Virus record (IMG/VR): IMGVR_UViG_3300010362_000052
Span: 1-38,422 of that record
Reading direction: 5' to 3' (one strand)
Length of the DNA: 38,422 bases
From: a virus
Taxonomy: Duplodnaviria > Caudoviricetes
The position numbers and the translations under genes were made by a program. Positions 27,001-33,473 of this stretch are shown in pieces. Under the pieces are notes generated by a model. The model searched no databases. It was not told the DNA's origin and worked only from the letters and a program-made list of their open reading frames with translations. Positions within the stretch are counted from its first letter, which is position 1. Every line of letters begins with the position of its first letter.

Positions 27001-27979
27001 TCTGCAGAAGCTGCGCCGTGAATTCCTCGGTCGCTTCTTCGCCGAAGGTGTTGAGAACTTCACGAAACGCCTGCTTGAGTGGCTGTTTGAATCCGAGCAG
27101 AGCCGCCGCCGCGCCTTTCCCCTGGCCCATGAAGAGCATTTCGGTGAGGGTGTCGGCCGTGGCATTGACGGCGGCGTAGGCGTGCTGCTGGCCCTTGCTC
27201 TCAATTCCCGCCTGGCTGGCCTCATGCAATCCCGCGTCGTACGACTGAGCCGCCATCACGGCCAGGTAGCCGCCGGAGCCGAGGGCCCCGCCGATCGAAG
27301 CAATCTCGGCCAGCGATTTGACGACGCCCGTCACCATTCGTTCGGCGAACGGCGTGGGGTGCCCGTACTTCTGCTTGTAGCCCTCTTCGCGGGCGGCGAG
27401 ATAATCGAGGAACACTCCCGAGACGTCGCCGATCGGTTCGATGAGACCGGCCTTTTCCAGTCCGCGGGCGACGACGTTGGTTGCTACGCCGGCCGTCTGG
27501 GCGATCCCTGCTCCCGCCTGCTCACCGGCTCGAACGAGCGGGTTGAAAGTGAAGCCCGGCATCTGGGAAGCGCGCCACGCCGCCAGGTCCTGGTCCGACC
27601 GCCGCAACTCGCCGAGCATCTGCCCCTGCGTCTGCGTCGTCGGCTGGAACGGCTCCTGGAAGCCCGGCGCGAACTGTTGCTGTGCCAGCCAGTCCGGGAC
27701 GCGGCCTTGCGCTACGTTGTCAGGGTCGATGCCGAACTGCATCAGAGCCGAATGGGCCTGCTCCAGCGTCGGCATTGCCGACGGTTCCATCGGCTTCGGT
27801 GGAGGGGGCGGGGGCGCGAAAGGATCGACCAGAGCGGGATCAATGCCGAACTGCTTGAGCTTGGTGGCGGCTTCGTCCAGCGAGGGCAGTCCGGTCTGTT
27901 CCGGGTGCCAGAAATCCTGCTGCGGATTAGCGTTCGTCCTCGGCTGGAACGTCCACGGGAGATAATCCAGCAGGCTCAT
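15014..27979 (-). CDS. Giant DarB-like polyvalent virion/ejection protein (4321 aa): N6-adenine MTase, SNF2/SF2 helicase, zincin metallopeptidase, LPD38-like C-terminus
   Basis: MTase: L..YTGWG, NAHYT, VLEPGAGIGHF, IGNVPF, RLPNNAF. Helicase: LRDYQ, AHAVGAGKT, FVDEAH, ATGTPITN, MGVGVNVQ, QREGRILR. Peptidase: HEVAH...EGFAEF. C-terminus: NFKRKG..IPFF, KIPKP. Last gene of the ejection cluster. Confidence 0.92.
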   Translation of the reverse strand: MSLLDYLPWTFQPRTNANPQQDFWHPEQTGLPSLDEAATKLKQFGIDPALVDPFAPPPPPPKPMEPSAMPTLEQAHSALMQFGIDPDNVAQGRVPDWLAQQQFAPGFQEPFQPTTQTQGQMLGELRRSDQDLAAWRASQMPGFTFNPLVRAGEQAGAGIAQTAGVATNVVARGLEKAGLIEPIGDVSGVFLDYLAAREEGYKQKYGHPTPFAERMVTGVVKSLAEIASIGGALGSGGYLAVMAAQSYDAGLHEASQAGIESKGQQHAYAAVNATADTLTEMLFMGQGKGAAAALLGFKQPLKQAFREVLNTFGEEATEEFTAQLLQNANKLAHNIPILDENGQPKTGLAALFDGTIEPTLTGGLTGGIAGGAAHYAQYGMPSFGRQQQPLGPQLAPPPGAGPTVPQPPVPGFVTPPPGAPQPPAPQPPAPQPQPPNVPTPSPPPTPPVPAPPPVVEKPPTPAPAPQPPVEQPPGPQPRAPAPIPETTEGPGGAPIPAPEVGTFAHAALQDVAEVELHDGTRHKVSALWKPTAYDASAGEIKLESGQYVDEPMVSKLFGRDGSVIWSATPAAPEAPKPPAGVPMMITQKMRQQLADLGYSEEAIRGMTPQQAWDVINAATPAGGGVTTPPQGGAAPPAEPEAPAPGKPRAPIENPEQVADKAAQQWLEEEIEDYRKRKGGEPPDLARHGREHYLNILRDDARQIIRGISDPREMRKVMVQGLLESGLPAYRRFFEELTGEKLPKGKHALEFFLKKFNGLDAILEEEEQRREKDYAEEKARHREESIAHEKHLDEVMTRFHKSITGEELVDLIERLGSGGMKIHEAVRGVLTRSVKHISPTGIKTEGSLQPHLYQKNVGAPLTLADIRKIHTQMGKVIEKWKAEAPQREAEEKQRKEEYEKHRREYDEDTRKKLEDLRSRFKTEITGKELVWLARHLGVRVDSRLARIVEKLESVTPLGQYSGELYETGPQIKDLHYRVADALDALGAKSEAKPEPTAPPPPKVEQPEPTPPKPPAERPPTAPKGKAPTAEGGQRHFPEMAEEAVGPIERANRRRPLMIALEEIRQKYGDEIANKFIPVLEDVATQIRNDSEIKQALGDEDLHLAHELARDLAHDQADWKLLDLDPETVDFDITDEMLDKVAESIVKRMQQEIAKGPKPPVESEQEPAPPEPAPPEGEPSGRRPRGGGGGGGGGRAKRPGAVQPDTGVGGGPGEPGANAPPAPGEPAAPPPDTGVAPRPEGEGLPGERGPTEEKTPEGDVRPDIGTRPKRPSPDQPGLAGPGAAEPGGGEAPPEVQGEARTGVNHVIAPEDVIVPKGFPAKAQANVDAIRLLKTLEAENRDATPEEKKVLARYTGWGAMSQAFDRYTGEAMIRESAYGRDENWEKKWGEVYRILKDELTEDEWYKARDTTINAHYTSRPIIEKMWQAVRHFGFTGGRVLEPGAGIGHFIGLAPPEVGSKSKFYAVEMDPLSSRMMEKLYPRAKIINKDLNEAKIAPNSVDLVIGNVPFAAQTQPDSEERYGQDLNLHNYFIARALDAVRPGGIVAVISTHNTLDARVDQRTFLVGKGDLVGAIRLPNNAFRENAGTDVAADILFLRKPIGNQHIENLWRLTEDVPADGGTTTATVNQYFVDHPEMVLGEHSMQGKMYARKADEKEYTVKPDGRNLIEAIDKATATLPAEIMAATGKAEGEVIKAEEEDEAIHGSIVEKNGKVYFSAKGQLHELVPGGKLPEGAHPSLNKAEVIKRAKDYAALRDKWRAHRALMLSPDSTDAEFKKSLKEINVIFDKYIKAHGHLDDVKTRPFTSDPDYWFVQSLELMTGQEIDPKTNKERKTYKKSEALTKRILDGSRRPPTSASTAPDAIRISLGYRGRIDPAYVAQLLGKSVLEVVTSTLPKSGMAYENPESGEWEISERYLSGNVREKLRLAEDAAESDPKYKANVEALKKVQPAPIAIKGIQNFRLGAAWLPAHVVQNFAREIFRDYQASVQYIDAIDGWRVGSISNEAWNVGNKDASDLLEAALNLKDPVVRINIGPRGSPQYVVDEKATTGARAKIQQLQKEWKRYAEKNEEARDAVEAAFNDRFNSYVPMTYDGSHLQLPNSNTEITLRDYQRDAVWRILLDGRALLAHAVGAGKTFLMVAAAMEQKRLGLAKRPLIAVQNSTLGQFAKSFLRLYPGARVLVATKNDLKKENRQAFLARSLATDWDAIVMPQSTFDRLPIDPKTEIAYVKEQLEILEAEIEKEERAESKSRRRKKSSTVKEIVKARNRLQKRLADAMKRSKESTDAVTFEQLGIDSLFVDEAHAYKKPFFQSKLDKLVGLNLTENPTSMALMMKIRHVREKSNGRNIVLATGTPITNTLGEAWHMLNYVAPDVLKDWGVDTFDRFVGAFAMTETIAEMNAGGTWVKKQALSRFTNGDEFARLIRTAWDVISPDMLRAKLIALGEGGLPALKGGKVQSITVPLSAGGKKFQEIVKKAYAIYKGMSGQDKKLNNWVPISLFGAGKAASIDIRLIVPGAKAEVGGKLDKMTELALQEYHDSKEVKGTQLIFSDSFNPRNMTKLWKFLEGETVDLNIPMEEAKEESEKGAFLFNDIKKRLIAGGVPANEIAAVADYNNDDAREALFERVNQGQIRFLLGSSAKMGVGVNVQKRLVALHHLDSPYMPTDLEQREGRILRFGNLNPEVSIYRYAMSGTLDSAILNKLVRKAKVVWQAITGKAGREFEDPASAVTLSMEEQLASVLDDPLYFEKLDLEYKKRELEMEKESHSDEVGRAEYRLRGVRETIRDYEKRYIPNAEETEKNINALLKSGNWSIDKEKMEDEKAIAAKIDSIIKEHEKNVLKLTKDEKVAPYEPDRGNQTKAYSENLRKGIKFGDMNIVIRSGAFQKFAGIEEKKVVLEWLTKTLVDFLPTWNPNASIYQGYAVTGSGIVDVLNSLDDRARQAVEEVKKNLEAKKREAVDYEEVVNSKWEKDDELEKVTKRLNEITEQMEAKSQAEAKQHEEAVQHRRHPPHAPQPDALDEEEDEDEDLRALRRQHYPTDRFATGTGTSAGPGNVPTFATAPKKKTFWQKAYEKLKLPKLSPKKKGPISAHDIRYSLSRLWGYPILKGRLRNKALAYYELLSKVIRVSSPEWANLGVIFHEVAHGIDDHTDLFTSMPQRVKDELGPLDYNQKRKDPTEGFAEFLRHVFTTNAGYTVAPQAYQHLSDWLDKHEEEKAKFQKMWNWIERFRKQNPQDTILANQWAMGRRAMELDKEKMEAMKDTLTSGVSAFRSAMQDEASVIKEIAGRAIEKKYGAMAPIRKQEFNERIDELMGSYEARAADAWENGIFTISGNKPQKLAESAKHYMRNIARNELKEWETFVDAQDALSRIARRPNYNPGEEERVYRARVAEVQADAAKFKRFEDAAKGMRQFSEGLLMLAVNEGVIGFTAAKRMIDSQKDYYVPRYRTREVGLFGRAKQFVMGTSKSLLGGRSPFRRMTEVGSSDAILPPLQAYMRQNQEVHNAAVKYAMMMPFLRLTLPALGGAPGMSEWIVKTDAKWVKDKAKLEQLLSDMTKPKRIGTSIRQPLIDEDFAQLIKDVSGLRDGTLSNIGWQRLEFRYGTNDPRTLTALTDHVPDLDDAVAWYRQDFSSDPREHVVRVMVDDKPLMVQFPHPYVYNAIMGMRTPMQANTFARLWTGIINAQAKFVTNPIKAMSVALHPSTILSLAVIDAAMFPIQSKHTGWFDRYYAHLISVGGVIGAKLRADRLPGFVGEKTVEWEILNELQEREGGKITGHRLGTPAQTTKAMIERTFARTTWEKFVVGVKYDTLNSVKDAIGILDSGMRLAEIAAVIRQAGYRPNGKATPAERQAGNNLWIDPQGRVIDALPQKLISRAIAAGNEVLTNFKRKGYMAREVDKVIPFFSAGMAGLEKELTTIGEIATGKGEAWGKRATAAAVLATVSLIYALMNGDDDDRKGMDGNIADRYWTFSTFGIPWLKIPKPRGFSFIPNLMEAFVAWTRGDKPRLGEKLWHEIEALTPPMRPAGFSTVYELIANTDWSGRPIEMKDDEHLAKYLRAGPHTLESSKFMSKYLTHWVGLSPSQTEYILNQYSGTMYTEYVGAIERAAQRKEQNILAKGAQTLAEAFTRKFETRGLYQRAIKDFYDQYGELETNVATAKHEGWSNDENEARLRQMTRYKEVLTKLRKQALKLSTNEEKLELGAYSVGLADYALGNPPRKSYPNPLSKETERDVTYIDDKTGERKSLRKEYIGTLGHALTASPERKLGEPIPKFVERFKEAAIDRKWAAQELKRLGFRTPEVENTLERRAARRGHHLSKESQFEIESAMAGATD
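24076..24447 (-). CDS. Nested same-strand, out-of-frame acidic helical protein (123 aa) inside the giant gene
   Basis: AAGGAG (24459-24454) 6 nt before GTG; globular amphipathic sequence, whereas the host frame here is a Pro/Gly/Glu linker. Confidence 0.65.
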   Translation of the reverse strand: MADDLEAAEGAEAEDEQSVLVPFNQTPEWGEVLENLEQMHPRHLASLLPHPQTLESLLDQRVKDYLESVAQLKKRLPKATFDQILELARSDLLPINPDWQDQEPLSPEEEKLLQKFKEKHELA

Positions 27980-29397
27980 GCGGCCCTACCTTTTTCGAGG
28001 AGAATTTTGGCCCGGTAGTACATCGCCCACTGGAGCGGAGTCCACTTATTCAAGGGAAGCTGCTGAAGCTGCTGGATCGTCTGGCCGGCGACTTCGGGCG
28101 TGGCGATTCTTTCGATCATCTGCTGCGGAGTCGGTTGCTGGGGTTGTCCTCCGGCTTGCTGCGGCGGTTGTGCTGGTTGTGGTGCTCCACCCTGTTGAGG
28201 CGGCAGTCCACCCATCACCCGGGCTTCATCATTCGCGCCTGCCGAATCCCGAGCGGCCTCCTCCTTGGCTCCCGCGTATTCCGCTTCGAGGGCTGCTCGC
28301 TGTTGTGCAATCCAGTTCGGATCGCTATGGAGCATCGGGGCATTCGGATTGTTCGTCCTCGTCGCGTTGTCGTAGTCGGCTACTTTTTGCTGCTGGATAA
28401 GACTGTCGAGTTCTTTGCGGATCGCCAGACGCCGCTTGATGGCAGAAGCCTCCACTCGATCCTTGTACTTTTGATGCGCTTCGGCCGTAGTGAGCGGCAC
28501 GAGATTGCCCTCGAAATCGACTTCCGGTTGCTCGCCGGCGCCCTTCGGCAGACCGCGGATACCTTCCAGCCCCCATTCGCCATTCTTCCCTTGACTGGGA
28601 TAGACCGGATAAGTACCGGGCTTCGGGTCTTTCGAGAAGCCGCCGGTTTGGGGATCGTAGTAAACGCATCTCTTCTGGATCTGCTCCAGTGTCGGTGGTT
28701 CCGGTGGTTGATCGGGAGTCATGGCGTTAAGCTGCGCCACCGCCTGCCGCAGGTCGGGCAGAACCGTGCCACGAGTCGCCGTCCCGTTCGCCACCGAATC
28801 CTGATAGTTCTGGATGTCGGATTTGAGCTTGGCGATGCGCTGCTGGGCCGTGGGGCTGAATGAATACCCGGACTGCTGCGCCTTCTGCTGGTTCTGAGTG
28901 AATTGCGCCAGCGGATTCTGGAACAATTGCTCCATCTGCGCTTCTTGTTTGAGCCGATCGTTGTACGCGGCCATCTCCTGCTGGTTGGCGAGCGCGATCT
29001 GTCCCTGGGCAGACTGCAAGCGCATCGCTTCGCCCATGTCCTGCGTACTCTGCTCCTGATGGATCTGGCCCTGTAAGAGCGCGAGGTCCCGCTGATTCTG
29101 TCCCGCCAGAGCGTAGTGGTACGCCTGCTGCTGGGACTCGATGGCAGCCTGGTAGGGCATTTTCTGGAGTTCGTAGAACTGCTGCTCCTGCCGCTGCTGG
29201 TTCTGATTGGCCATCTGCGCGAAGGCCATCATCCGGTCCTGATTCATCTGCTGCTGGCGCATCGCCATGTCGTTATACATCTGCGCCTGCTGCATCCGGA
29301 CGCCGGTGAGCCACTTGGCGTACTCGCCCTGTCCTCCCAGGAGGGCCATTCCGCCGACCGCTGCGGCCGGAGGCGCGTAGTTGATGGTGATGGGCAT
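27976..29397 (-). CDS. Gln-rich putative internal virion / DNA ejection protein
   Basis: ATGA coupling to the giant gene; Gln/Ala/Met-rich coiled-coil N-half; position in the ejection cluster. Confidence 0.7.
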   Translation of the reverse strand: MPITINYAPPAAAVGGMALLGGQGEYAKWLTGVRMQQAQMYNDMAMRQQQMNQDRMMAFAQMANQNQQRQEQQFYELQKMPYQAAIESQQQAYHYALAGQNQRDLALLQGQIHQEQSTQDMGEAMRLQSAQGQIALANQQEMAAYNDRLKQEAQMEQLFQNPLAQFTQNQQKAQQSGYSFSPTAQQRIAKLKSDIQNYQDSVANGTATRGTVLPDLRQAVAQLNAMTPDQPPEPPTLEQIQKRCVYYDPQTGGFSKDPKPGTYPVYPSQGKNGEWGLEGIRGLPKGAGEQPEVDFEGNLVPLTTAEAHQKYKDRVEASAIKRRLAIRKELDSLIQQQKVADYDNATRTNNPNAPMLHSDPNWIAQQRAALEAEYAGAKEEAARDSAGANDEARVMGGLPPQQGGAPQPAQPPQQAGGQPQQPTPQQMIERIATPEVAGQTIQQLQQLPLNKWTPLQWAMYYRAKILLEKGRAA

Positions 29398-29398
29398 G

Positions 29399-30451
29399 TT
29401 AGATGTTCATCCACGGAGTCATGCGGGCAGGAGTCGCCTGTGCCGCCGGTTGTGCTGCCGGCTGTGCGGCTCCCATTCTCAGACCGGCGGTCGGCTGTCC
29501 GGCCGCGGCCATCTGGTACAGGTAATTATTGAAGGCGTTCATGTTGTTGGTCTGCTGCGGCGTCATTCCCGGCGTTGCGGTCTGGAATGGCTGCTGCATT
29601 TTGTTCAGGGTGCTCTGTTCGCCCTGGAGCATTCCGACGTCGCGGATCTGTCCGTAATTCATTCCCTTGAGCCCGGCGTCGATGATCGGACCACTTTGCT
29701 GTCCCTGCATCATCATCGCCTGCTGGGGCGACATATTCTGAACTGCCGCCACCTGGGCCGGACTCATGCCGCTGGCTTTCACCAGCCAGTCCTGCCCGTA
29801 CGGCTGGCTACCGCCTTGGGAAAAAGGGCTCGCCTGACCGGCTGCACCTCCTTGTCCGGGACCAACCTGATTCATGAGACTCGGGGCGAAACCTCCCACC
29901 GCTCCGCCGCCTGTCCCGGCCGGGGCGCCGGTCATGCCGGCCGGCATCCGTCCCATCTGGGCCCCCATGAGTCCCGGAAATTGTGAGAGGTTGCTGCCAG
30001 CGGGCATTTGTCCCGTCTGCGGCGGTGGCGCTGCTGCACCGCCCCCCGCTCCCTGGAACATCGCCATGCCACCTTGCGGCTGCATCTGAAGCGGGTTACC
30101 CGGAGTGCGGCCCGCCAGTGGCGAGCCCGCCGTGTTGCCACCCATTCCAGGATACTGCGGCATCCCGCCCCCGCCTGCCGCCGGGCGAGTGAGATTCGGG
30201 TTATAGGTCGAGCCCGGCACGCGCTGCGCAAACCTTTGGTCGTTCGTGGAATAGCCACCGGTCGGATTGCGGTAGGCGAAGGCCAGGCCGCCCGTTCCGA
30301 AATTCTGGATCGGCGGTTGCTGCGCGCCGCCGCCCGGCATCCCGCCCGGCATCCCGCCCGGCATCCCGCCCGGCATCCCGCCCGGCATCGCCGCACCTTG
30401 TCGCTGCATGGCCGCACCAACAAGACCTGGATACATCGAGAGCATGGACAT
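29399..30451 (-). CDS. Low-complexity Gly/Gln/Met/Pro-rich putative ejection (pilot) protein
   Basis: AAGGAG SD upstream; MPGG repeats; very few charged residues. Confidence 0.7.
   Translation of the reverse strand: MSMLSMYPGLVGAAMQRQGAAMPGGMPGGMPGGMPGGMPGGGAQQPPIQNFGTGGLAFAYRNPTGGYSTNDQRFAQRVPGSTYNPNLTRPAAGGGGMPQYPGMGGNTAGSPLAGRTPGNPLQMQPQGGMAMFQGAGGGAAAPPPQTGQMPAGSNLSQFPGLMGAQMGRMPAGMTGAPAGTGGGAVGGFAPSLMNQVGPGQGGAAGQASPFSQGGSQPYGQDWLVKASGMSPAQVAAVQNMSPQQAMMMQGQQSGPIIDAGLKGMNYGQIRDVGMLQGEQSTLNKMQQPFQTATPGMTPQQTNNMNAFNNYLYQMAAAGQPTAGLRMGAAQPAAQPAAQATPARMTPWMNI
30330..30389. repeat. Perfect 12-nt tandem repeat (GCCCGGCATCCC, about 5 copies) encoding (MPGG)n
   Basis: Units start at 30332, 30344, 30356, 30368 and 30380 (last partial). 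Confidence 0.95.
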
Positions 30452-30463
30452 GACTCACTCCTT

Positions 30464-32383
30464 TCAGGCTGCGGCGTACATATTGTAGGGCTGAGAACTG
30501 GCTTGCCGTTGGATGGGCTGGCGCTGGGCTTGCAGCGCCTGCATGTATTGGGTGTAACCCGGCGGCTGTGACAATCCCGTCGATGTGGTCGGCTGCTGAC
30601 CAAAGGGATTTGACAACGTCGCGCCGGGAAGCGCACCCACCGGATTCTGTGACGGGAAATTCGGCATGTTGGCGAAACCGTTCTGACCGTAGCCCGTCCC
30701 TGCGGCGCCCGCGGCCATCATGAGTTGCGCGAGCGTGTTGTAATCCGGCCCCTGTTGATTTACCGATTGCATAAAATTCAACTGGTTTTGACCCAAGCCG
30801 GTCTGCTGCTGCTGGGCTTCGTTGCCGAACTGGAGGGCTTGTCCCTGCAGATCGGCGAGACCACCAGCCGCCTGCTGGCCAAACTGGAGCGCGGGCATTC
30901 CGAACTGGGCCAGCGTCTGGTTCGTCTGTCCAGCCACGTTCTGCGCGAGGTTCGTCAGAGCCCTTTGCTTGTCGAGGTTGATGCCACGGTTCACCGCATC
31001 GGTGACCGTGGTATTGGTGAGACCACGATTCATCAGACTCTGCTGCGCGTCGGCCTGATTGCGGGAGAACGCTTCGTTGAGATCAGTCGCTTCGGTGCGG
31101 CCGAGCAGATCGAGGTTCCCGAGCGCTGCGCCGAGCATCGAGCCGTAACCCTGCCCGATATTCGACATCGCCGATCCGAAATCATTCGTGCGCTGGCCGT
31201 AGAGACCAGCCAGCCCGGCGTTCGTCTGCGCCAGATTGCCTCCCAACGTGCCGTAGCCTTGCATGATGTTGCCGTACATCTGCCGGTTGGCTTCGTTGGC
31301 TGCGTTCTGCGCGTCCTGGAACGACTTGACGGCCGAACCGAGGAAGTTTCCGGCACCAGCGCCGCCCGGCGGCGGTGCGGTCGTCGATCCCGGCGGAATC
31401 ATTCCACCCATTCCGCCACCACCCATCCCGCTGCCGTAGCCATAGTTGGCTGGGTCTTGCGGAGCCATGTTCCGCTGCGCGATCTGGTTGAAATAATCGG
31501 ACGCCTGATTGGCTGCCTGCTGCTGTCGCCACGCCTCTGCGTACGGATCATTCGTGCCGCCAGGGCGCACGCCACCACCACCACTCGTACCACCAAGGGG
31601 GGTGCTTCCTGGTGGCTGATATCCGGGAGGAGGCGTGAAGCCACCACTGCTGGGATCGTAACCCCAGCCACCGCTCCCAAAGGGACCGGTGTAGGTGCCG
31701 TCAGGATTGCGCGTCCAGCCGCTGCTGGGTCCGGGGCCGCGCGGCGCGGCTTCACCAGATCCGGTCCCCGGTTCCTCTGGCGCTCCAGGGATGCCTGATC
31801 CCGGATTCGCCTCGGGATCATTTCCCGCGGGCGGTATGGGCGTGCCTGTGAGCGGGTCAGTTGTCGAGCCTGGCGGAACGTCTGGCGGCAGTCCGCTGGG
31901 GCCGGTGACTGGCGGAAGCGGAGTCTGCCCGGTGTAACCACCCGGCGGATAGGGCGGAAGGGGTCCGGGATAACCGCCGGGCGGAGTGCTGCCTGGATAA
32001 CCGCCGGGCGGAGTGCCGGGAGGCGGCGGTGTCGTCGATGTTGGAGGCGCACCAGGGGGCGCGCCGGCGGGCCCCGACGATGGTGGAGGAATCGCGCCCG
32101 GAGGCGCGCCAGATGGCGCGCCAGGTAGCGCCCCAGGAGGCGCGCCGCTTCCAGTGGCGGGCCCCGACGACGGCGGCGGAATTGCGCCCGGTGGCGCGCC
32201 GCTTCCCGGTTGTGTCGCGGTCCCAGGCGGAGCCATCGGCGGCGGAATCGCGCCCGGAGGGGCACCCGGAGGGACAGGACCGTTCGGTCCCATTGTCCAA
32301 CCGTTTTGCATCATCCATTGCAAGTAAAACGGATTGGCCGGCGTGGCTCCCATCGTGTAGAGAGCCGGGTTGAGCAGTGACAT
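30464..32383 (-). CDS. Pro/Gly-rich N-half plus Gln/Asn/Ala helical C-half; putative DNA ejection/pilot protein
   Basis: GGGAGG SD before ATG 32383; GAPPGAIPPP repeats; QSLMNRGLTNTT motif similar to the A.RGL..S motif of podoviral ejection proteins. Confidence 0.7.
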   Translation of the reverse strand: MSLLNPALYTMGATPANPFYLQWMMQNGWTMGPNGPVPPGAPPGAIPPPMAPPGTATQPGSGAPPGAIPPPSSGPATGSGAPPGALPGAPSGAPPGAIPPPSSGPAGAPPGAPPTSTTPPPPGTPPGGYPGSTPPGGYPGPLPPYPPGGYTGQTPLPPVTGPSGLPPDVPPGSTTDPLTGTPIPPAGNDPEANPGSGIPGAPEEPGTGSGEAAPRGPGPSSGWTRNPDGTYTGPFGSGGWGYDPSSGGFTPPPGYQPPGSTPLGGTSGGGGVRPGGTNDPYAEAWRQQQAANQASDYFNQIAQRNMAPQDPANYGYGSGMGGGGMGGMIPPGSTTAPPPGGAGAGNFLGSAVKSFQDAQNAANEANRQMYGNIMQGYGTLGGNLAQTNAGLAGLYGQRTNDFGSAMSNIGQGYGSMLGAALGNLDLLGRTEATDLNEAFSRNQADAQQSLMNRGLTNTTVTDAVNRGINLDKQRALTNLAQNVAGQTNQTLAQFGMPALQFGQQAAGGLADLQGQALQFGNEAQQQQTGLGQNQLNFMQSVNQQGPDYNTLAQLMMAAGAAGTGYGQNGFANMPNFPSQNPVGALPGATLSNPFGQQPTTSTGLSQPPGYTQYMQALQAQRQPIQRQASSQPYNMYAAA

Positions 32384-32394
32384 GACGCCCTCCC

Positions 32395-32988
32395 TCACTC
32401 ATCCTCAAACAACCAGAAGGGCGCTTCCGTCACGCTCGTTCCGCCTCCGCCTCCGGCTCCGTTGATCGTCAGAACTGCCCGGCCTGCTTGCCCGGTCCCG
32501 TCTTCTCCCACCCAATACTGTCCGGGTGCCGTGACCGGCTCGATAAAAAGTTGCAGCGCGGCTCCCGACACCCAGGCCGGCAGATTGATGATTTCCTGAA
32601 TGATGTTCGAGATGTCCGGGCTGTCCACCGGCAAGCTCGCATTGCAGAGCGGGTTCCAGGCTTTCGAGTGGGTCGTCCTGATCCGGTTACTGCCATCAAT
32701 CGAATCGGTGACGGGTGGCGGATTGACGGCATGTTCTCCCCAGATCCGGAAATTTCTCAGTCCACCTTGACCATTCGGCGGCGGCGAGACGGTCATTGTC
32801 AGAATCGCCGAGTTGACCGTTTCGCCCATCACCAGCGTGATGTTCGTAAAGCGCAAAAAGGCGACGTACATGCCAGCGCTGCCGACATTGATGATGTAGG
32901 GCAAATTGCGGTTCCAACTCCCCGCGCCAGCGACGTGCGGCACATACCACCCGTCATCGGGCATCGAAGCTATTCGGAAAGCTGGCAT
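32395..32988 (-). CDS. Beta-sandwich (CBM/DNRLRE-like) virion or tail-associated protein
   Basis: ATG 32988 in TGATG overlap; FLRF.NI......V.SA.LT and SPDISNIIQEIIN...W.SG..L.LFI pattern. Confidence 0.65.
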   Translation of the reverse strand: MPAFRIASMPDDGWYVPHVAGAGSWNRNLPYIINVGSAGMYVAFLRFTNITLVMGETVNSAILTMTVSPPPNGQGGLRNFRIWGEHAVNPPPVTDSIDGSNRIRTTHSKAWNPLCNASLPVDSPDISNIIQEIINLPAWVSGAALQLFIEPVTAPGQYWVGEDGTGQAGRAVLTINGAGGGGGTSVTEAPFWLFEDE

Positions 32989-33473
32989 CAGAGATTCTGG
33001 CCGATGATAAAACCGTCGTAAGTACCGACACCGATCGTCACGAATCCGAACCAGTCCACCGCGCCACCCGTTGGCGTGAGGACTGGAATAATCCCGTTCA
33101 TCCACCGAATCCCGCCCCACCACGTCACCGTCCGGCCGCCGGTCGGGTCCTGAACCAGCCGGATGCGGAAGCGCTCGTTGCGCGCCACGTTTTCATTCGT
33201 CACTGTCAGAATGCGGTTGCCTCCCAGTGTGACCTGGTGAATCGACGAGTTGTCCATGTCGAACACAATCACCGGCGCGTCAGCGTCGATGTAGATGGGA
33301 TCTTGACCACCGCCGCCACCTCCACCGCCCCCGCCCCCGCCGCCACCCTCATTCACGACATCGCCCGTCGTGTTGTTGCTGGCGAAGACCACCCGATTGA
33401 CCGTGCGCCTTGCCGCGGCGCCGGTCGTCGGTCGGCCGAGGTGACCCTGTGTTGCAGGAACTTCCTGGCTCAT
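32988..33473 (-). CDS. Short tail-fibre-like protein with poly-Gly linker
   Basis: ATG 33473 in ATGA overlap; poly-Gly tract then VTLGGNR.L...LVQDPTGGRTVTW...IRW..G..P.LT....VD domain common in phage tail proteins. Confidence 0.7.
   Translation of the reverse strand: MSQEVPATQGHLGRPTTGAAARRTVNRVVFASNNTTGDVVNEGGGGGGGGGGGGGGQDPIYIDADAPVIVFDMDNSSIHQVTLGGNRILTVTNENVARNERFRIRLVQDPTGGRTVTWWGGIRWMNGIIPVLTPTGGAVDWFGFVTIGVGTYDGFIIGQNL

Noticed and set aside
15536-28018. Long + strand ORFs (743, 725, 668, 549, 535, 642 aa) opposite the giant gene
   Set aside because: Antisense shadows expected from GC-rich codon bias; no motifs or SD, while the - strand frame has clear domains.
29932-30636. Alternative-frame ORF with (CRAG)n repeats
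   Set aside because: Frame-shifted reading of the MPGG VNTR; Arg/Cys-rich shadow composition.
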